Shown here one piece after another: positions 28,611-38,653 of a DNA stretch of 64,000 nt (within the stretch, counting starts at the first letter, position 1; each line of letters starts with the position of its first letter). The stretch is from the IMG/VR virus record IMGVR_UViG_3300032050_000004, positions 1 through 64,000 of that record; one strand, written 5' to 3'. The notes under the pieces were generated by a model. The model had not been told where the DNA came from. It saw only the letters and a list, made by a program, of their open reading frames with translations, and made no database searches. A program made the position numbers and the translations under genes.

Positions 28611-29582
28611 TTATATACAGGACTTTATGAATTCAACAATTTCAAAAGCAGAGTTATTGAAATTAGAATTATCTGGCTGAGAGAATTTTATCCATTTATC
28701 TAATTTCGATTGGTCAATTTTATTGGTGATATAATATCCTTTATCAGAAAGAGATTTAGCATTAAATTTCTGTTCGAATTGATTTTCAATAGGAATAGAC
28801 CAGATTTTCTTATTTAGATACAGGGCTTCAGAAATAGTAGAAAAACCTGAATTGGTTATGACTCCATAACAATTTTTAAATTCTGAAACAAATGATGTCC
28901 TATTAATCGGCATCAAAACGATGTTATTTTTTTTATATCTATAACTTTTAACGTCAGGGTGAAATACCTGAAATCCAGAAATTTCTTCTGGTAGTTCTAG
29001 ATTTTTAAAGCAATCAATAATATCTTTTAAATTCCAATGAGATAAATAAACTAGAACAAATTTGCTTTGGGATGTATTTTTAGTAAGGTTTAGATCTATT
29101 ATTGGTCCAAATACATTTTTATTTTTATCTGGAAAGAAATCTATTGAAATATTAATATCAGTTGGAGAGAAAAAATTTAGGAAAAACTTTTTAAATGGAT
29201 TTTTGGTTTTCTTTTTTATAAAATTCTGGTTGCTTATACCGATTGATTTGATGTTATTTAATTTAGCTCCGTAAGCAGTTATAGGTTCAAAATCTGAAAT
29301 TACCAAGTCATAATCTTTGAAATTAACTGTTTTTAAATCTTGGGAGAATTGTTGTAAGTCAAAGTTCTTAAAAGATTTGAGATAATTAATTTTACCTGAT
29401 TTTTTAAATAAGAGGTCAAATCCCTTAAATTCATATTTAAGATTTAATATATAGGATAATTTATTTTGCTTACCGGATACCAGAATATCAACTTGATGAT
29501 TTTTTTGTAGAAGGGATATGATTTGGGTACTTCTGGTTATATGACCATTTCCAGTTCCTTGTATTCCATATAATATTTTCAT
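28611..29582 (-). CDS. MJ1255/VC2487-family glycosyltransferase (GT-B)
   Basis: MKILYGIQGTGNGHITRS, VISDFEP, GFSTISEALYL.K, P...QFEQ..NA. Confidence 0.85.
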   Translation of the reverse strand: MKILYGIQGTGNGHITRSTQIISLLQKNHQVDILVSGKQNKLSYILNLKYEFKGFDLLFKKSGKINYLKSFKNFDLQQFSQDLKTVNFKDYDLVISDFEPITAYGAKLNNIKSIGISNQNFIKKKTKNPFKKFFLNFFSPTDINISIDFFPDKNKNVFGPIIDLNLTKNTSQSKFVLVYLSHWNLKDIIDCFKNLELPEEISGFQVFHPDVKSYRYKKNNIVLMPINRTSFVSEFKNCYGVITNSGFSTISEALYLNKKIWSIPIENQFEQKFNAKSLSDKGYYITNKIDQSKLDKWIKFSQPDNSNFNNSAFEIVEFIKSCI

Positions 29583-30328
29583 TTGGGGTGTTTATAAATT
29601 TTCCAATCGGAGTCAATGTTTTCAAGTTCTAAAGAGGTTAAATTTTCAACCCAATCACCGGAGTTCATATAAACAACTTTATGATCTTCGAAAATGTATT
29701 CTTTAATATTTGGTTGATGTATATGGCCATTAACAACGTAGTCAAATTTCTTTTTTGATGCGGTTTCACAGGCAATACTCTCATAGTCTTTTATATATTT
29801 TATTGCAGTTTTTACGTTTCTTTTGACATGTTCAGATAGGGAATATTCTTTAATACCTATTTTTCTGCACAAGTTATTATAAACTTTATTGAATTTAATT
29901 AGATAGTCATAACCTTTTCCTGCTATTTTGGAAATAAATTTTCCAAATTTGTATTGCATAGCGATATCAAAAACATCACCGTGAAATACCCAGTAATATT
30001 TTCCATTTATTTCTAATTCTAAACTATCTAGTTTATGTAAATTATTTATTTCGAGAATATCAAATTTTCTCAAAAATTCATCATGGTTTCCGGTCAAATA
30101 ATAAATTTTTGTACCGTTGTGTAAAAATTTAAGTATTTTTCTAATTACTTCGAAGTGTGAATCTGGAAAATATTTTCTCTTAAAATTCCATCCATCTAAA
30201 AAATCGCCAAGGATGATTAAATTCTTTGGTTCTATGGATTTTAAATATTCACAAAGTTCTTCAGCGTGACAACCGACTGTACCTAAATGGACATCACTTA
30301 TGATACAATACTCTAATTTTCTTTTCAA
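29579..30328 (-). CDS. UDP-2,3-diacylglucosamine diphosphatase-like (LpxH-like) metallophosphoesterase
   Basis: ISDVHLG, GDFLDGW, GNHD, HGD, GHIH, NSGDWVE; TTG start. Confidence 0.85.
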   Translation of the reverse strand: MKRKLEYCIISDVHLGTVGCHAEELCEYLKSIEPKNLIILGDFLDGWNFKRKYFPDSHFEVIRKILKFLHNGTKIYYLTGNHDEFLRKFDILEINNLHKLDSLELEINGKYYWVFHGDVFDIAMQYKFGKFISKIAGKGYDYLIKFNKVYNNLCRKIGIKEYSLSEHVKRNVKTAIKYIKDYESIACETASKKKFDYVVNGHIHQPNIKEYIFEDHKVVYMNSGDWVENLTSLELENIDSDWKIYKHPK

Positions 30329-30467
30329 TTTTTAAGTTTTGTTTTTCGATCATAAATAATAGTTAATAACGGATAACTAATTATATTAACGATAACTTAA
30401 TAAACGAATTTTTCTATAATATAATAGAGATTAAAAAGAAAAGTATTTAAATGAACGGGTATATATT

Positions 30468-31031
30468 TTAAGATTCATTACTAAACCTTAGCATACCTTC
30501 ATCGTCAATATAAAGATCTACTTCTTTTAAGTTATGAGCTGCAGTCATTAATTGATTTTCATTTTCGTAGGTATAGTCAAAAAAACCTGAACCGTGTCTA
30601 TTTCTGGTAAGCCAAATATCATGTCCCAGACGTTCTAAACCATTTTCATTCACAGCTTCATTTACAGCTTCAATTCCTGCTAATTTTATAAACTTTTTAA
30701 TATCAAGATAAGCTTGAATCAAAGAGTCTGTGGTAATATAATCTTTACTAAAAGAATCAACTCCTTTGGATTTAAGTTCTTTTTGCATTCTGATGATTTT
30801 ATCTATTTCGCTTTCATCTTCATCATCGTCGTCATCATCGTCAAAATCATAATCTTTTTCTGAATTCCCTGTATCTTTTAAATTTTCTTCTTCTGTCCAA
30901 AGTGCAGCTTCTAAATAGCCGTTCATAATTTGTTTTATTTCAGATTCGGTCAAATCATTCATATCTTCATTTTCTTTAAGGATACCGGCAAGAACTTGCA
31001 TTCTTTTTATTTCATTGATAAGATTGCTCAT
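30468..31031 (-). CDS. Tagged protein (EIKRMQVLAGI) with GHDIWLTRNRHGSGFFD domain
   Basis: Shared tag, acidic linker, and a conserved phage motif GHD.WLTRN.HG.GF. Confidence 0.65.
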   Translation of the reverse strand: MSNLINEIKRMQVLAGILKENEDMNDLTESEIKQIMNGYLEAALWTEEENLKDTGNSEKDYDFDDDDDDDEDESEIDKIIRMQKELKSKGVDSFSKDYITTDSLIQAYLDIKKFIKLAGIEAVNEAVNENGLERLGHDIWLTRNRHGSGFFDYTYENENQLMTAAHNLKEVDLYIDDEGMLRFSNES

Positions 31032-31258
31032 AAAAATAAATAGGATTCTAAAATACGTTTTACAAAAAATTAAATTTTCATATTATTTATCAAAAAAAAC
31101 AAAACAAAATGGGAAGAAGAATAAAAGAGGGTAAAAAACCCGGAAACAAGAAAAACATAGCAAAAAACGCTAAGAGAATAAAAAGCAATATTGAGATCCT
31201 TAAGGGGTTAAAATAAAAAAAATAAAAGCCGTCCAATGGGATGGCTTTTATAATTTAA

Positions 31259-31765
31259 TTATTTTAATAAATCTTGGATGGTTTTATCTTTTATGTTACT
31301 GCTTCTACTGCTTCCAAAATAATAACCTGCAATAAGCATAAAGATATTTGTAACAGATGTTACTACGCTAAAAGTTATATTTTCGCTGGGTTTAATATTT
31401 CCCGTTAGCACTAAAATAAATAAAACACAAGTAAATACCGTAAAAGTAAGAGCTATAAGTGGTCCAGTATTTTTAGATAACCAACTAGCATCTGGGGATA
31501 CATTTAAAGCAATTTCTTTAGCTCTAGCGTCTTTACGATCTTCCAATTCCAATCTTAAATATTCCAAATCTTGTTCTAAAAATTTTAAAGCAGTTTCTTT
31601 TTGTTCTGGCGACAATTCGTCAGATCCCATTATTATATCTTTTATATTAGAGGCTGCACCAACCCAATTCCCTGTAGCTATTTTTCCAACAGTATCAATT
31701 AATTTAGTTGAATTGGAAGAAGTTAGGAATTTACCTAGTTTGGTTTCTTTAAATGGTTTACTCAT
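31259..31765 (-). CDS. Holin-like membrane protein (GTA 3TM holin-like)
   Basis: ELEDRKDARAKE, two TM helices, YYFGSS; late-type motif upstream. Confidence 0.55.
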   Translation of the reverse strand: MSKPFKETKLGKFLTSSNSTKLIDTVGKIATGNWVGAASNIKDIIMGSDELSPEQKETALKFLEQDLEYLRLELEDRKDARAKEIALNVSPDASWLSKNTGPLIALTFTVFTCVLFILVLTGNIKPSENITFSVVTSVTNIFMLIAGYYFGSSRSSNIKDKTIQDLLK

Positions 31766-31836
31766 GATAAGTTAGTTATATTTATAAATATATTTTAAAA
31801 TAAATTCATATTTATATTTAATATAGATATATTGAA

Positions 31837-32682
31837 ATGAAAAATAAAAACTTATTGTCTGAAATACATAGAATGAAAGAATTGGCTGGGATTATTTCAG
31901 AGTCCAGTATGTTAAATGAGGATTATTTGGAATTAAAGTCCATAGCAAAACAACTATATACTTTATTAAAAAGTAAAGGATATGATGTTCGCTTAGTTGA
32001 GAACAGCAGTAAAAGTAAATATGCTGGTGGCACAACTTTGGCTGGACAAAAGTATCTAAACAACAAAGGTGGCAGTGTGGAGATACATCAATTTTCCGAT
32101 GTTGAACAAATTGGTGTTTTTGTACCTGCTTATACCATAATGTATCAATTTATAAAAAATCCAGCAAACCATAAATATGTAGAATCCGTAATAGCAAAAA
32201 ATCGTCCGGATCTTGTGGGAAAAAACATAGGACTAGATGATACTGAAAAACATTGGACTCATATAAAAAATTTCATGTACGGAAAATCTGGAAAAATTGC
32301 TGAAATTTCAGATTTCATGAAAGATCAAGGAATAAGACAAACCATAGGTGCTTTAGGTAAGGAATTACAAAATGCAATTAAGTCAAAATACCCAACTATG
32401 TTATTCAGTTTTGAAGACGATGCAACTGGGTATTCAATGTATTTTGCTGAACCAAAAACAGCTAAGGGTGGTATTAAAAATCCAAATCAGCGTCCTAATG
32501 CACCGAAGCCTGAGGGCAATGACCAACAAAAAATGGCAGCTGAAGATTCTCAGATAAATGAAAGAGGTTTGGCTTTTAACCAAAAGACTTTGACTCCTAG
32601 GACTGACGGAAGTGATTTACCATATCATGCACCAGTAACAACAAACAAACCTCATCCAAATAGAAAAAATAGATTCAAATGA
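31837..32682 (+). CDS. Tagged hypothetical protein (MKNKNLLSEIHRMKELAGIISE)
   Basis: Tag; TATTTAT at 31809. Confidence 0.65.
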   Translation: MKNKNLLSEIHRMKELAGIISESSMLNEDYLELKSIAKQLYTLLKSKGYDVRLVENSSKSKYAGGTTLAGQKYLNNKGGSVEIHQFSDVEQIGVFVPAYTIMYQFIKNPANHKYVESVIAKNRPDLVGKNIGLDDTEKHWTHIKNFMYGKSGKIAEISDFMKDQGIRQTIGALGKELQNAIKSKYPTMLFSFEDDATGYSMYFAEPKTAKGGIKNPNQRPNAPKPEGNDQQKMAAEDSQINERGLAFNQKTLTPRTDGSDLPYHAPVTTNKPHPNRKNRFK

Positions 32683-33089
32683 AAAATAAAAATTTATTAA
32701 GCGAAATACGCAGGATGCAAGAACTTGCCGGAATAATTACTGAGGGTAATGTAAATGAAAATTGGTATAGTGTAAAAAAATGGGATGATGCAGGTCAAAA
32801 GTATGTTAGTCATTTAGGTGGAAATATTGATGGCTTGAAAGAACAGCCCAAGTTCAAAGTAAAAGATGTTGTAAAAATCAAAGCATATCAAAAAGAGTAT
32901 ATGGCTCAAATCATAGGAATTTTTGCGAATTATGATACTCAGGAAATATTATATGGAGTGAGGATTTTTTCAGATCCTACAATTCCAACAAGTAGTACAT
33001 CGCTTGATAAAATCGAAGAAGTTGATATAATTGAAAAATTGTCTGAGATACCAGATAATATAAAAAACAATCCAAAATTCGAGAAATAG
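32679..33089 (+). CDS. Tagged hypothetical protein (MKNKNLLSEIRRMQELAGIITE)
   Basis: First 22 aa nearly identical to the upstream gene, remainder unrelated; start overlaps the upstream stop. Confidence 0.65.
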   Translation: MKNKNLLSEIRRMQELAGIITEGNVNENWYSVKKWDDAGQKYVSHLGGNIDGLKEQPKFKVKDVVKIKAYQKEYMAQIIGIFANYDTQEILYGVRIFSDPTIPTSSTSLDKIEEVDIIEKLSEIPDNIKNNPKFEK

Positions 33090-33186
33090 TATAATAATAC
33101 ATACATTATAATAATTTGTATAAAACCCTGTATTTTACAGGGTTTTTTTTATTAGATATTTTTATTAATTTAATAAAAAAAATATT

Positions 33187-33738
33187 ATGTATAATCCTTG
33201 GAAAACCATTAAAACAAAAAATGTTTATGAAAATAATTGGATAAAGGTTGAGGAGAGTGATGTTATTGCTCCGTCTGGTAAAGACGGTATTTATGGGGTG
33301 GTTAGACCTAAGAATTATGCGATTGCTATTTTACCTTTGGACGAAGAATATAATACATGGATTGTAGGTCAATACAGATATACAACAAATAGTTACGAAT
33401 GGGAATTACCTAAAGGTGGCTGTCCTATTGATGAAGAGGGACCAATGGAAGCAGGGAAAAGAGAATTATTAGAGGAAACTGGTATATCTGCAAAAACTTG
33501 GCAAAGGGTATTGGTTTCTAACCTTTCAAATTGTTTTACGGATGAGGTTTCATTTTCATATGTGGCAAAGCATTTAAGTTTTGGTGAATCAAATCCAGAC
33601 GATAGTGAAATATTAGAGGTTATAAAAGTAAAATTTGAAGATTTGGTTAATATGGCATTAAACGGGGAAATAAACTGTGCTCTTTCACAAGCAACAATTT
33701 TTGCAGTAAAAATAATGATTGATAAAAAAGAAATATAA
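33187..33738 (+). CDS. NUDIX hydrolase (ADP-ribose pyrophosphatase-like)
   Basis: Nudix box GGCPIDEEGPMEAGKRELLEETG; GQYRY...WELP. Confidence 0.9.
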   Translation: MYNPWKTIKTKNVYENNWIKVEESDVIAPSGKDGIYGVVRPKNYAIAILPLDEEYNTWIVGQYRYTTNSYEWELPKGGCPIDEEGPMEAGKRELLEETGISAKTWQRVLVSNLSNCFTDEVSFSYVAKHLSFGESNPDDSEILEVIKVKFEDLVNMALNGEINCALSQATIFAVKIMIDKKEI

Positions 33739-34051
33739 AAAATTTTAAATATGAAAATAGTTTACGGAGAAAAATCCTATATGTCTGGAGGAGACAATCA
33801 TCTTATGGAAGATGGATATGATTATATGTTATTTCGTCAGGATTGGAACGGATCTGAAAAAATTTATTTTAACAAAGGGGATATAGATCATATTTATGAA
33901 AAGATAAATGAAGGAACCATATTAATTCATCGTAATTATTCGATATTATACTGTAAGAACGATGAATTGTTTAATGAAATTGAAGATCTTGGATGTTTCA
34001 GTATGGTTGTAGATTGAGAAAAATTTATATTGGCGAAATTAATATAATATT

Positions 34052-34390
34052 TTATTTTTCATCACAATCATTTTCTTTTGATTTTTTATTTGTAGCTGCA
34101 TTGAATTGATATCCGAAAATAATCAATACTATATTTTTTATAAGCTCAAACAAATTATCGCTCATTTCTGGGGTAAGAAGTGGCTTTTCTGATATAATCA
34201 GCTTATCAGCAACAAAAAGTCCTGTAAGAGTTGTAAGTAAAAGTGAAACGAATCTGGTCAACCATTCTTTATCATCAAATTTATGGATTTTTGTATTCAT
34301 ATATCTGACTAGAAAAACTATGAAAGCAAGGGAAATTATAATTCCTATATGATCAAATATTAATTTGTGATAAGATGGTTCCATTAACAA
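34052..34390 (-). CDS. Three-TM membrane protein
   Basis: Three hydrophobic segments; IIFGYQF; late-type motif upstream. Confidence 0.55.
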   Translation of the reverse strand: MLMEPSYHKLIFDHIGIIISLAFIVFLVRYMNTKIHKFDDKEWLTRFVSLLLTTLTGLFVADKLIISEKPLLTPEMSDNLFELIKNIVLIIFGYQFNAATNKKSKENDCDEK

Positions 34391-34432
34391 TAAATAGATT
34401 TATTTTAATATTTATTTAAAAATATAGATAAT

Positions 34433-34858
34433 ATGTCAAATAAAATTACATTAAGCGAATTAAGAAAACTTATAAAACAAGTAATAAATGAAGGTCCATA
34501 TGATGATATAGATTTCGGTTTTTTAGATCAAGAAGATCAAGAAAAAAATGCTTTGAGGATTCAGGCATCTGAAGAATTTTATAATAAAATGGTTAAGGAT
34601 TTAGATATTTTGAAAGAAATATATCGTTTGTTCACTTCTTCTAATGGTGAAGAAAATGCATTTTCAAAGTTTAAAGATTCACAATACTATAGCAGGGTTG
34701 AACATTATATGGAAGATTTATATAAAAATGTTGAATACAGAAAAAAATTTGGAGATGGGCAGTTATTAAAAATATGTGAATCAACTTTTGAAAAATTCTT
34801 TAGTGCTGCTTATGAAGCTGCCAAAAAGAGACACGAAAGAAAACAAAGTGAATTATAA
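34433..34858 (+). CDS. Tagged hypothetical protein (ELRKLIKQVINE)
   Basis: Tag; TATTTAT at 34409. Confidence 0.6.
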   Translation: MSNKITLSELRKLIKQVINEGPYDDIDFGFLDQEDQEKNALRIQASEEFYNKMVKDLDILKEIYRLFTSSNGEENAFSKFKDSQYYSRVEHYMEDLYKNVEYRKKFGDGQLLKICESTFEKFFSAAYEAAKKRHERKQSEL

Positions 34859-34888
34859 GAAAACCCCTCAAATTGAGGTATTTTTTAT

Positions 34889-35740
34889 TTAAGATCCAGA
34901 AACCCAAAAATCTATTTTAGATACTTTTTCACCTGTTGTTTTTTCAAACCATCTTTTTACTACTTCTTTAATATCTTTATCGCTCATGGTAAAATTCATT
35001 TTGACAAGTCTAAAAAGAGTGTCATCAGCATATAAATAATTATTTTCCTTTTTTATACCCAGAACTTCAGATTCTACTTCGAGGTCAAAAACAAATTCGT
35101 CATTCTTATCGAAGTATTGTATTCCGTAAACTTTTTTACCCAATTTATCAACTGCATATGATTTGGATTTTAGTTCACCCAAGTCAAAATCTAAGAAATC
35201 ATAAACAAGATCTTCATCACTTTGTATTTCTAATTCTCCAGAAGAAATTCTATCTAAAACACTCTTTTCGTGAGGTTGCAGACTCTTTTCTCCATATTTT
35301 GCCACCTTGTCTAATATATCATCAAGTAAATCATCTTGATAACCTTCGTTTATGGATTTTTGTTTTTTTAATCTCTCTGTTTTCTTTTTAGATTCTTCTT
35401 TTTTACTTTCTGCATATTCCAAAGCTCTTTTCAATCTACTTTTAGTTTCCGGATCTTTTGCGTTTTCAAAAGCAGCTCTTACTCTTTGGTGAATAAGATT
35501 TATTATTTGAGATTGTCTTTTGTGTGATTTGGACTTAAAACTAGGTTTATTAAGTGTATCGGCTATATCTTCTTTTGTTCTAAATTTTATTGAAACTGTA
35601 TCATTAGGATTTTCATCTGTATATAATCTTCTACCAGAACCTTTTGGTTTTTTGCCTGTACCTACTTCAGGATCAGATTCATTTAATTCAAATGATTCTT
35701 TAATAATTTGTCGTATATATTCTCTTAAATTTGACTCCAT
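34889..35740 (-). CDS. Tagged hypothetical protein (LREYIRQIIKES)
   Basis: Tag; conserved phage motif PEVGTGKKPKGSGRRLYTDENP.DTVSIKF. Confidence 0.65.
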   Translation of the reverse strand: MESNLREYIRQIIKESFELNESDPEVGTGKKPKGSGRRLYTDENPNDTVSIKFRTKEDIADTLNKPSFKSKSHKRQSQIINLIHQRVRAAFENAKDPETKSRLKRALEYAESKKEESKKKTERLKKQKSINEGYQDDLLDDILDKVAKYGEKSLQPHEKSVLDRISSGELEIQSDEDLVYDFLDFDLGELKSKSYAVDKLGKKVYGIQYFDKNDEFVFDLEVESEVLGIKKENNYLYADDTLFRLVKMNFTMSDKDIKEVVKRWFEKTTGEKVSKIDFWVSGS

Positions 35741-35780
35741 AGTAATAAATATTAAATAAAATTAAACTATTTATTTCTGT

Positions 35781-37703
35781 ATGAATTTACGTTTAGAAAT
35801 AAGAGAGATAATAAAATCCATTTTAAATGAGGGAAAAAACCCATTTGAAGTAATGGATTATTATTTAAAAAATGAACCTGCTCTTATAAAAAAACTTACC
35901 ACAAAAGACAATGCTTTATTAAAGAGATTAGCTTATTTGGATATTGAATACAATCCGGAAAAATTAGAAGTTGGTAAAATATTTCCTTGGATATTAAACT
36001 TATGGAAAAAGGGCGATCCTGTTATTTTAAATTTAATATCTGGTACTCCAGATGCCAATTTACTTAACAAGTTTAAATCCTCTCAGGAATTATTTAATAA
36101 AGGTTCTTTTAAAAAATCTATAGGTGTTACTGATATTCAAAAATTCAAGAATGTAAATGATTTTATAGAAAAGGTAAGTGCAGCATTTATTGAACCTACT
36201 GAACTACCGGCTTTTGCAAATTTTAATGCTGATGAGATTAATAAAGATATTAAGGAAGGTATAATTGCAAGAACTAATTTATCTAATGACAATTTCTTTA
36301 TCATAACTCCATTAAAGAAAAAAGGAGCTTGTAAATATGGAAATGTTCATAATAAAGAAAATCAATGGTGTACTTCTAAGGTTGAAAACAACGCTTTTGA
36401 TTCTTACAAAGATGGTATTCTTTATATTTTTATGGATAAAAAAGATAATCTTAAATCTAAGTATCAGTTATTTTACAAAGAGGGAAGATTTCAATTCATG
36501 GATGAATTTAACAGACCTTTTAATTATGAAGGGTTTTTTGATGAAAACATAGATGTTTTTCAAAAGTTGTTTCCAAGCGTAGTAAAAAATTTAGAAAACA
36601 AAGAAGAAGGAGATCCAAAACTATTTAGTCAAATTATTAATTATTTTCCAAGATATTATAAAGAAATTTATTTTACGAATATAGAGAAATTTTCAAAAGG
36701 ATTATTAGCAGATTTAATTCAAATAAATCAAGGTAAAATAAATCCTGAAGAATTCTTCTCAAGTGAAAAAGTTGAGGAAATAGCGGGATTTGAATATGAT
36801 GATTTTACAGTATACAAAGATAGAATTGTTTTTGATTGTAGTTTAGATTCTATTAATGATGTATTACCAAATTATTTTTGGGCTTATAAAAATGGATATC
36901 AGTACTATGAATTTAATTCGGAAGAATTTGATTATATGTACAATTACATAAAAGAAGAAGATAAACCCAAATGGATAAGTGTCATAAAAATTTTTGATAA
37001 AGATTTTAAAGATGATGAATTCAACGATGATGGGACACTATATAGATCAATTACTGACGGGGTTACTGAAAAATACTTTGATAAACTTTTATACAATTTT
37101 TCTGGAGCATATGAAGAGGCAGTAAATAACGCACAATCAACATGGATTGATGGGGTTATGGATAAATGTCCTTTTGGAATTAGAAATGATTCGATAACTT
37201 TTGAATATAAAAAAGTAGCAGAATATTGTTTGCAAAGTAGCTATCTAAATCCAGAAAAATTTTTTGATATTATAGAGCGATGGATGGACAAAGAAGGAAT
37301 AACTGATGATAATTATTATGATTATTTTAATAATCAAATAGATTATAGTGAGGCAGAAAAAGCACTATCAGATGGTATAGATGAAATTATTGAAAATATA
37401 AAAGACGATGAAGAGCTTCAAGGAAGTTTAATAAACAAGGAAAAATTGGATAAGTTTATTAAAGATCTTAAATTTATAAAAGGATACAATGAATATTATT
37501 TAGATACAGAATTTGCTAGGATTAAAATTAAAAAAATAGATTTAGAAAATGACAGAATATTTATTCAATATTTTGAATTAAAAAATGATAAAAAACATGA
37601 AGGTTGGATAGGTATAGATGATTTACCTAGATATTCTACAACTCCAATGTTATTTGAAATTAAAAAAATAAGAGAAATTATAAGAGAATTATTAAATAAA
37701 TAA
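35781..37703 (+). CDS. Large tagged protein with tag-like helices at both ends
   Basis: N-terminal LRLEIREIIKSILNE; C-terminal EIKKIREIIRELLNK; internal ACKYG...QWCTS...KYQL...QFMD block. Confidence 0.65.
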   Translation: MNLRLEIREIIKSILNEGKNPFEVMDYYLKNEPALIKKLTTKDNALLKRLAYLDIEYNPEKLEVGKIFPWILNLWKKGDPVILNLISGTPDANLLNKFKSSQELFNKGSFKKSIGVTDIQKFKNVNDFIEKVSAAFIEPTELPAFANFNADEINKDIKEGIIARTNLSNDNFFIITPLKKKGACKYGNVHNKENQWCTSKVENNAFDSYKDGILYIFMDKKDNLKSKYQLFYKEGRFQFMDEFNRPFNYEGFFDENIDVFQKLFPSVVKNLENKEEGDPKLFSQIINYFPRYYKEIYFTNIEKFSKGLLADLIQINQGKINPEEFFSSEKVEEIAGFEYDDFTVYKDRIVFDCSLDSINDVLPNYFWAYKNGYQYYEFNSEEFDYMYNYIKEEDKPKWISVIKIFDKDFKDDEFNDDGTLYRSITDGVTEKYFDKLLYNFSGAYEEAVNNAQSTWIDGVMDKCPFGIRNDSITFEYKKVAEYCLQSSYLNPEKFFDIIERWMDKEGITDDNYYDYFNNQIDYSEAEKALSDGIDEIIENIKDDEELQGSLINKEKLDKFIKDLKFIKGYNEYYLDTEFARIKIKKIDLENDRIFIQYFELKNDKKHEGWIGIDDLPRYSTTPMLFEIKKIREIIRELLNK

Positions 37704-38108
37704 TTATTTTTTTGACGAGAAAAAAATATCTTTAGCAACAAAAAATCCTTTCTTTTTTTCAAGGTATGTAACTTGCCTTCCTTTGTCAAAGTCAAAATGC
37801 CATACGTTTTCTTCATCTTTTAAATATATAACATCAAAATAATTATGAACTTTTTCATAATCGGTTTCTATTTGGTATGTTGTATGGACTTCGTAGCATT
37901 TATTGTTCTCTAAAAAAAATATGATATTGTTCAGCTTTACACCATCAACAGTATGAATATAATCTGGAAGATCATCCATTATCTCTATGTTCTTATTTAA
38001 TTTGACTGAACTTATTATCTCATCATGTGATTTTCCAAAATATTTATAGCCTTGAGATATTGATAAATAGGGGATTATGATAAAAAGAATAATAAATATT
38101 TTTTTCAT
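37704..38108 (-). CDS. Secreted hypothetical protein
   Basis: Signal peptide MKKIFIILFIIIPYLSISQ. Confidence 0.55.
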   Translation of the reverse strand: MKKIFIILFIIIPYLSISQGYKYFGKSHDEIISSVKLNKNIEIMDDLPDYIHTVDGVKLNNIIFFLENNKCYEVHTTYQIETDYEKVHNYFDVIYLKDEENVWHFDFDKGRQVTYLEKKKGFFVAKDIFFSSKK

Positions 38109-38188
38109 TTCTTAATTTATTTAGGAGACTAAATTAATAAAAAAATGATAATAAAAAAACATATAATATTTATTTAAAAGTTAAATAA

Positions 38189-38476
38189 ATGAATAAAATA
38201 GAATTAGAATATAAATTAAGAAATCAGATTAGGTCTATTTTAAGAGAATCTGTATCAGAAAATAGAGAAATTGCTTTAGGTCATGAAGAAATTGATGCTT
38301 TAGAAAAAACTCTAAAACCAGATGAGTATGTTTGGTTAGATGACAGAACCGGTAATTTAACTGGTGAAAAAGTAACAAAAAAAGAATATCTAAAAAGGAT
38401 GTTGAGACGTGCAGTAGATGATAAAAAGTGGGACAAAGTCCAATCTGCTATTTTATTTTTAGATACTCAAATTTAA
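38189..38476 (+). CDS. Tagged small protein (KLRNQIRSILRES)
   Basis: Tag; TATTTAT at 38167. Confidence 0.6.
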   Translation: MNKIELEYKLRNQIRSILRESVSENREIALGHEEIDALEKTLKPDEYVWLDDRTGNLTGEKVTKKEYLKRMLRRAVDDKKWDKVQSAILFLDTQI

Positions 38477-38580
38477 GAAAAAAATTTTTTTTAACAAATT
38501 GCGGTTTTTAAAAATTGGTTCATATTTATGTCCAATTATGTTGAAAAGACCTAGCCGACACACGAAGATTTATAAACCAA

Positions 38581-38620
38581 AAAAAGAAGAATCCCTTCCT
38601 AAAAGAAGGGATTTTTTTTT
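38581..38620 (+). terminator. Intrinsic terminator
   Basis: AATCCCTTC-CTAAAA-GAAGGGATT followed by a T-run. Confidence 0.75.
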
Positions 38621-38653
38621 GTCAAATTGTAACCTTTAAAAAAAATAAATTAT

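Noticed and set aside
38523-38620. Leader-peptide attenuator or T-box upstream of the aaRS paralogue
   Set aside because: A terminator is present, but no Asn/Asp-rich leader ORF or T-box consensus was seen.
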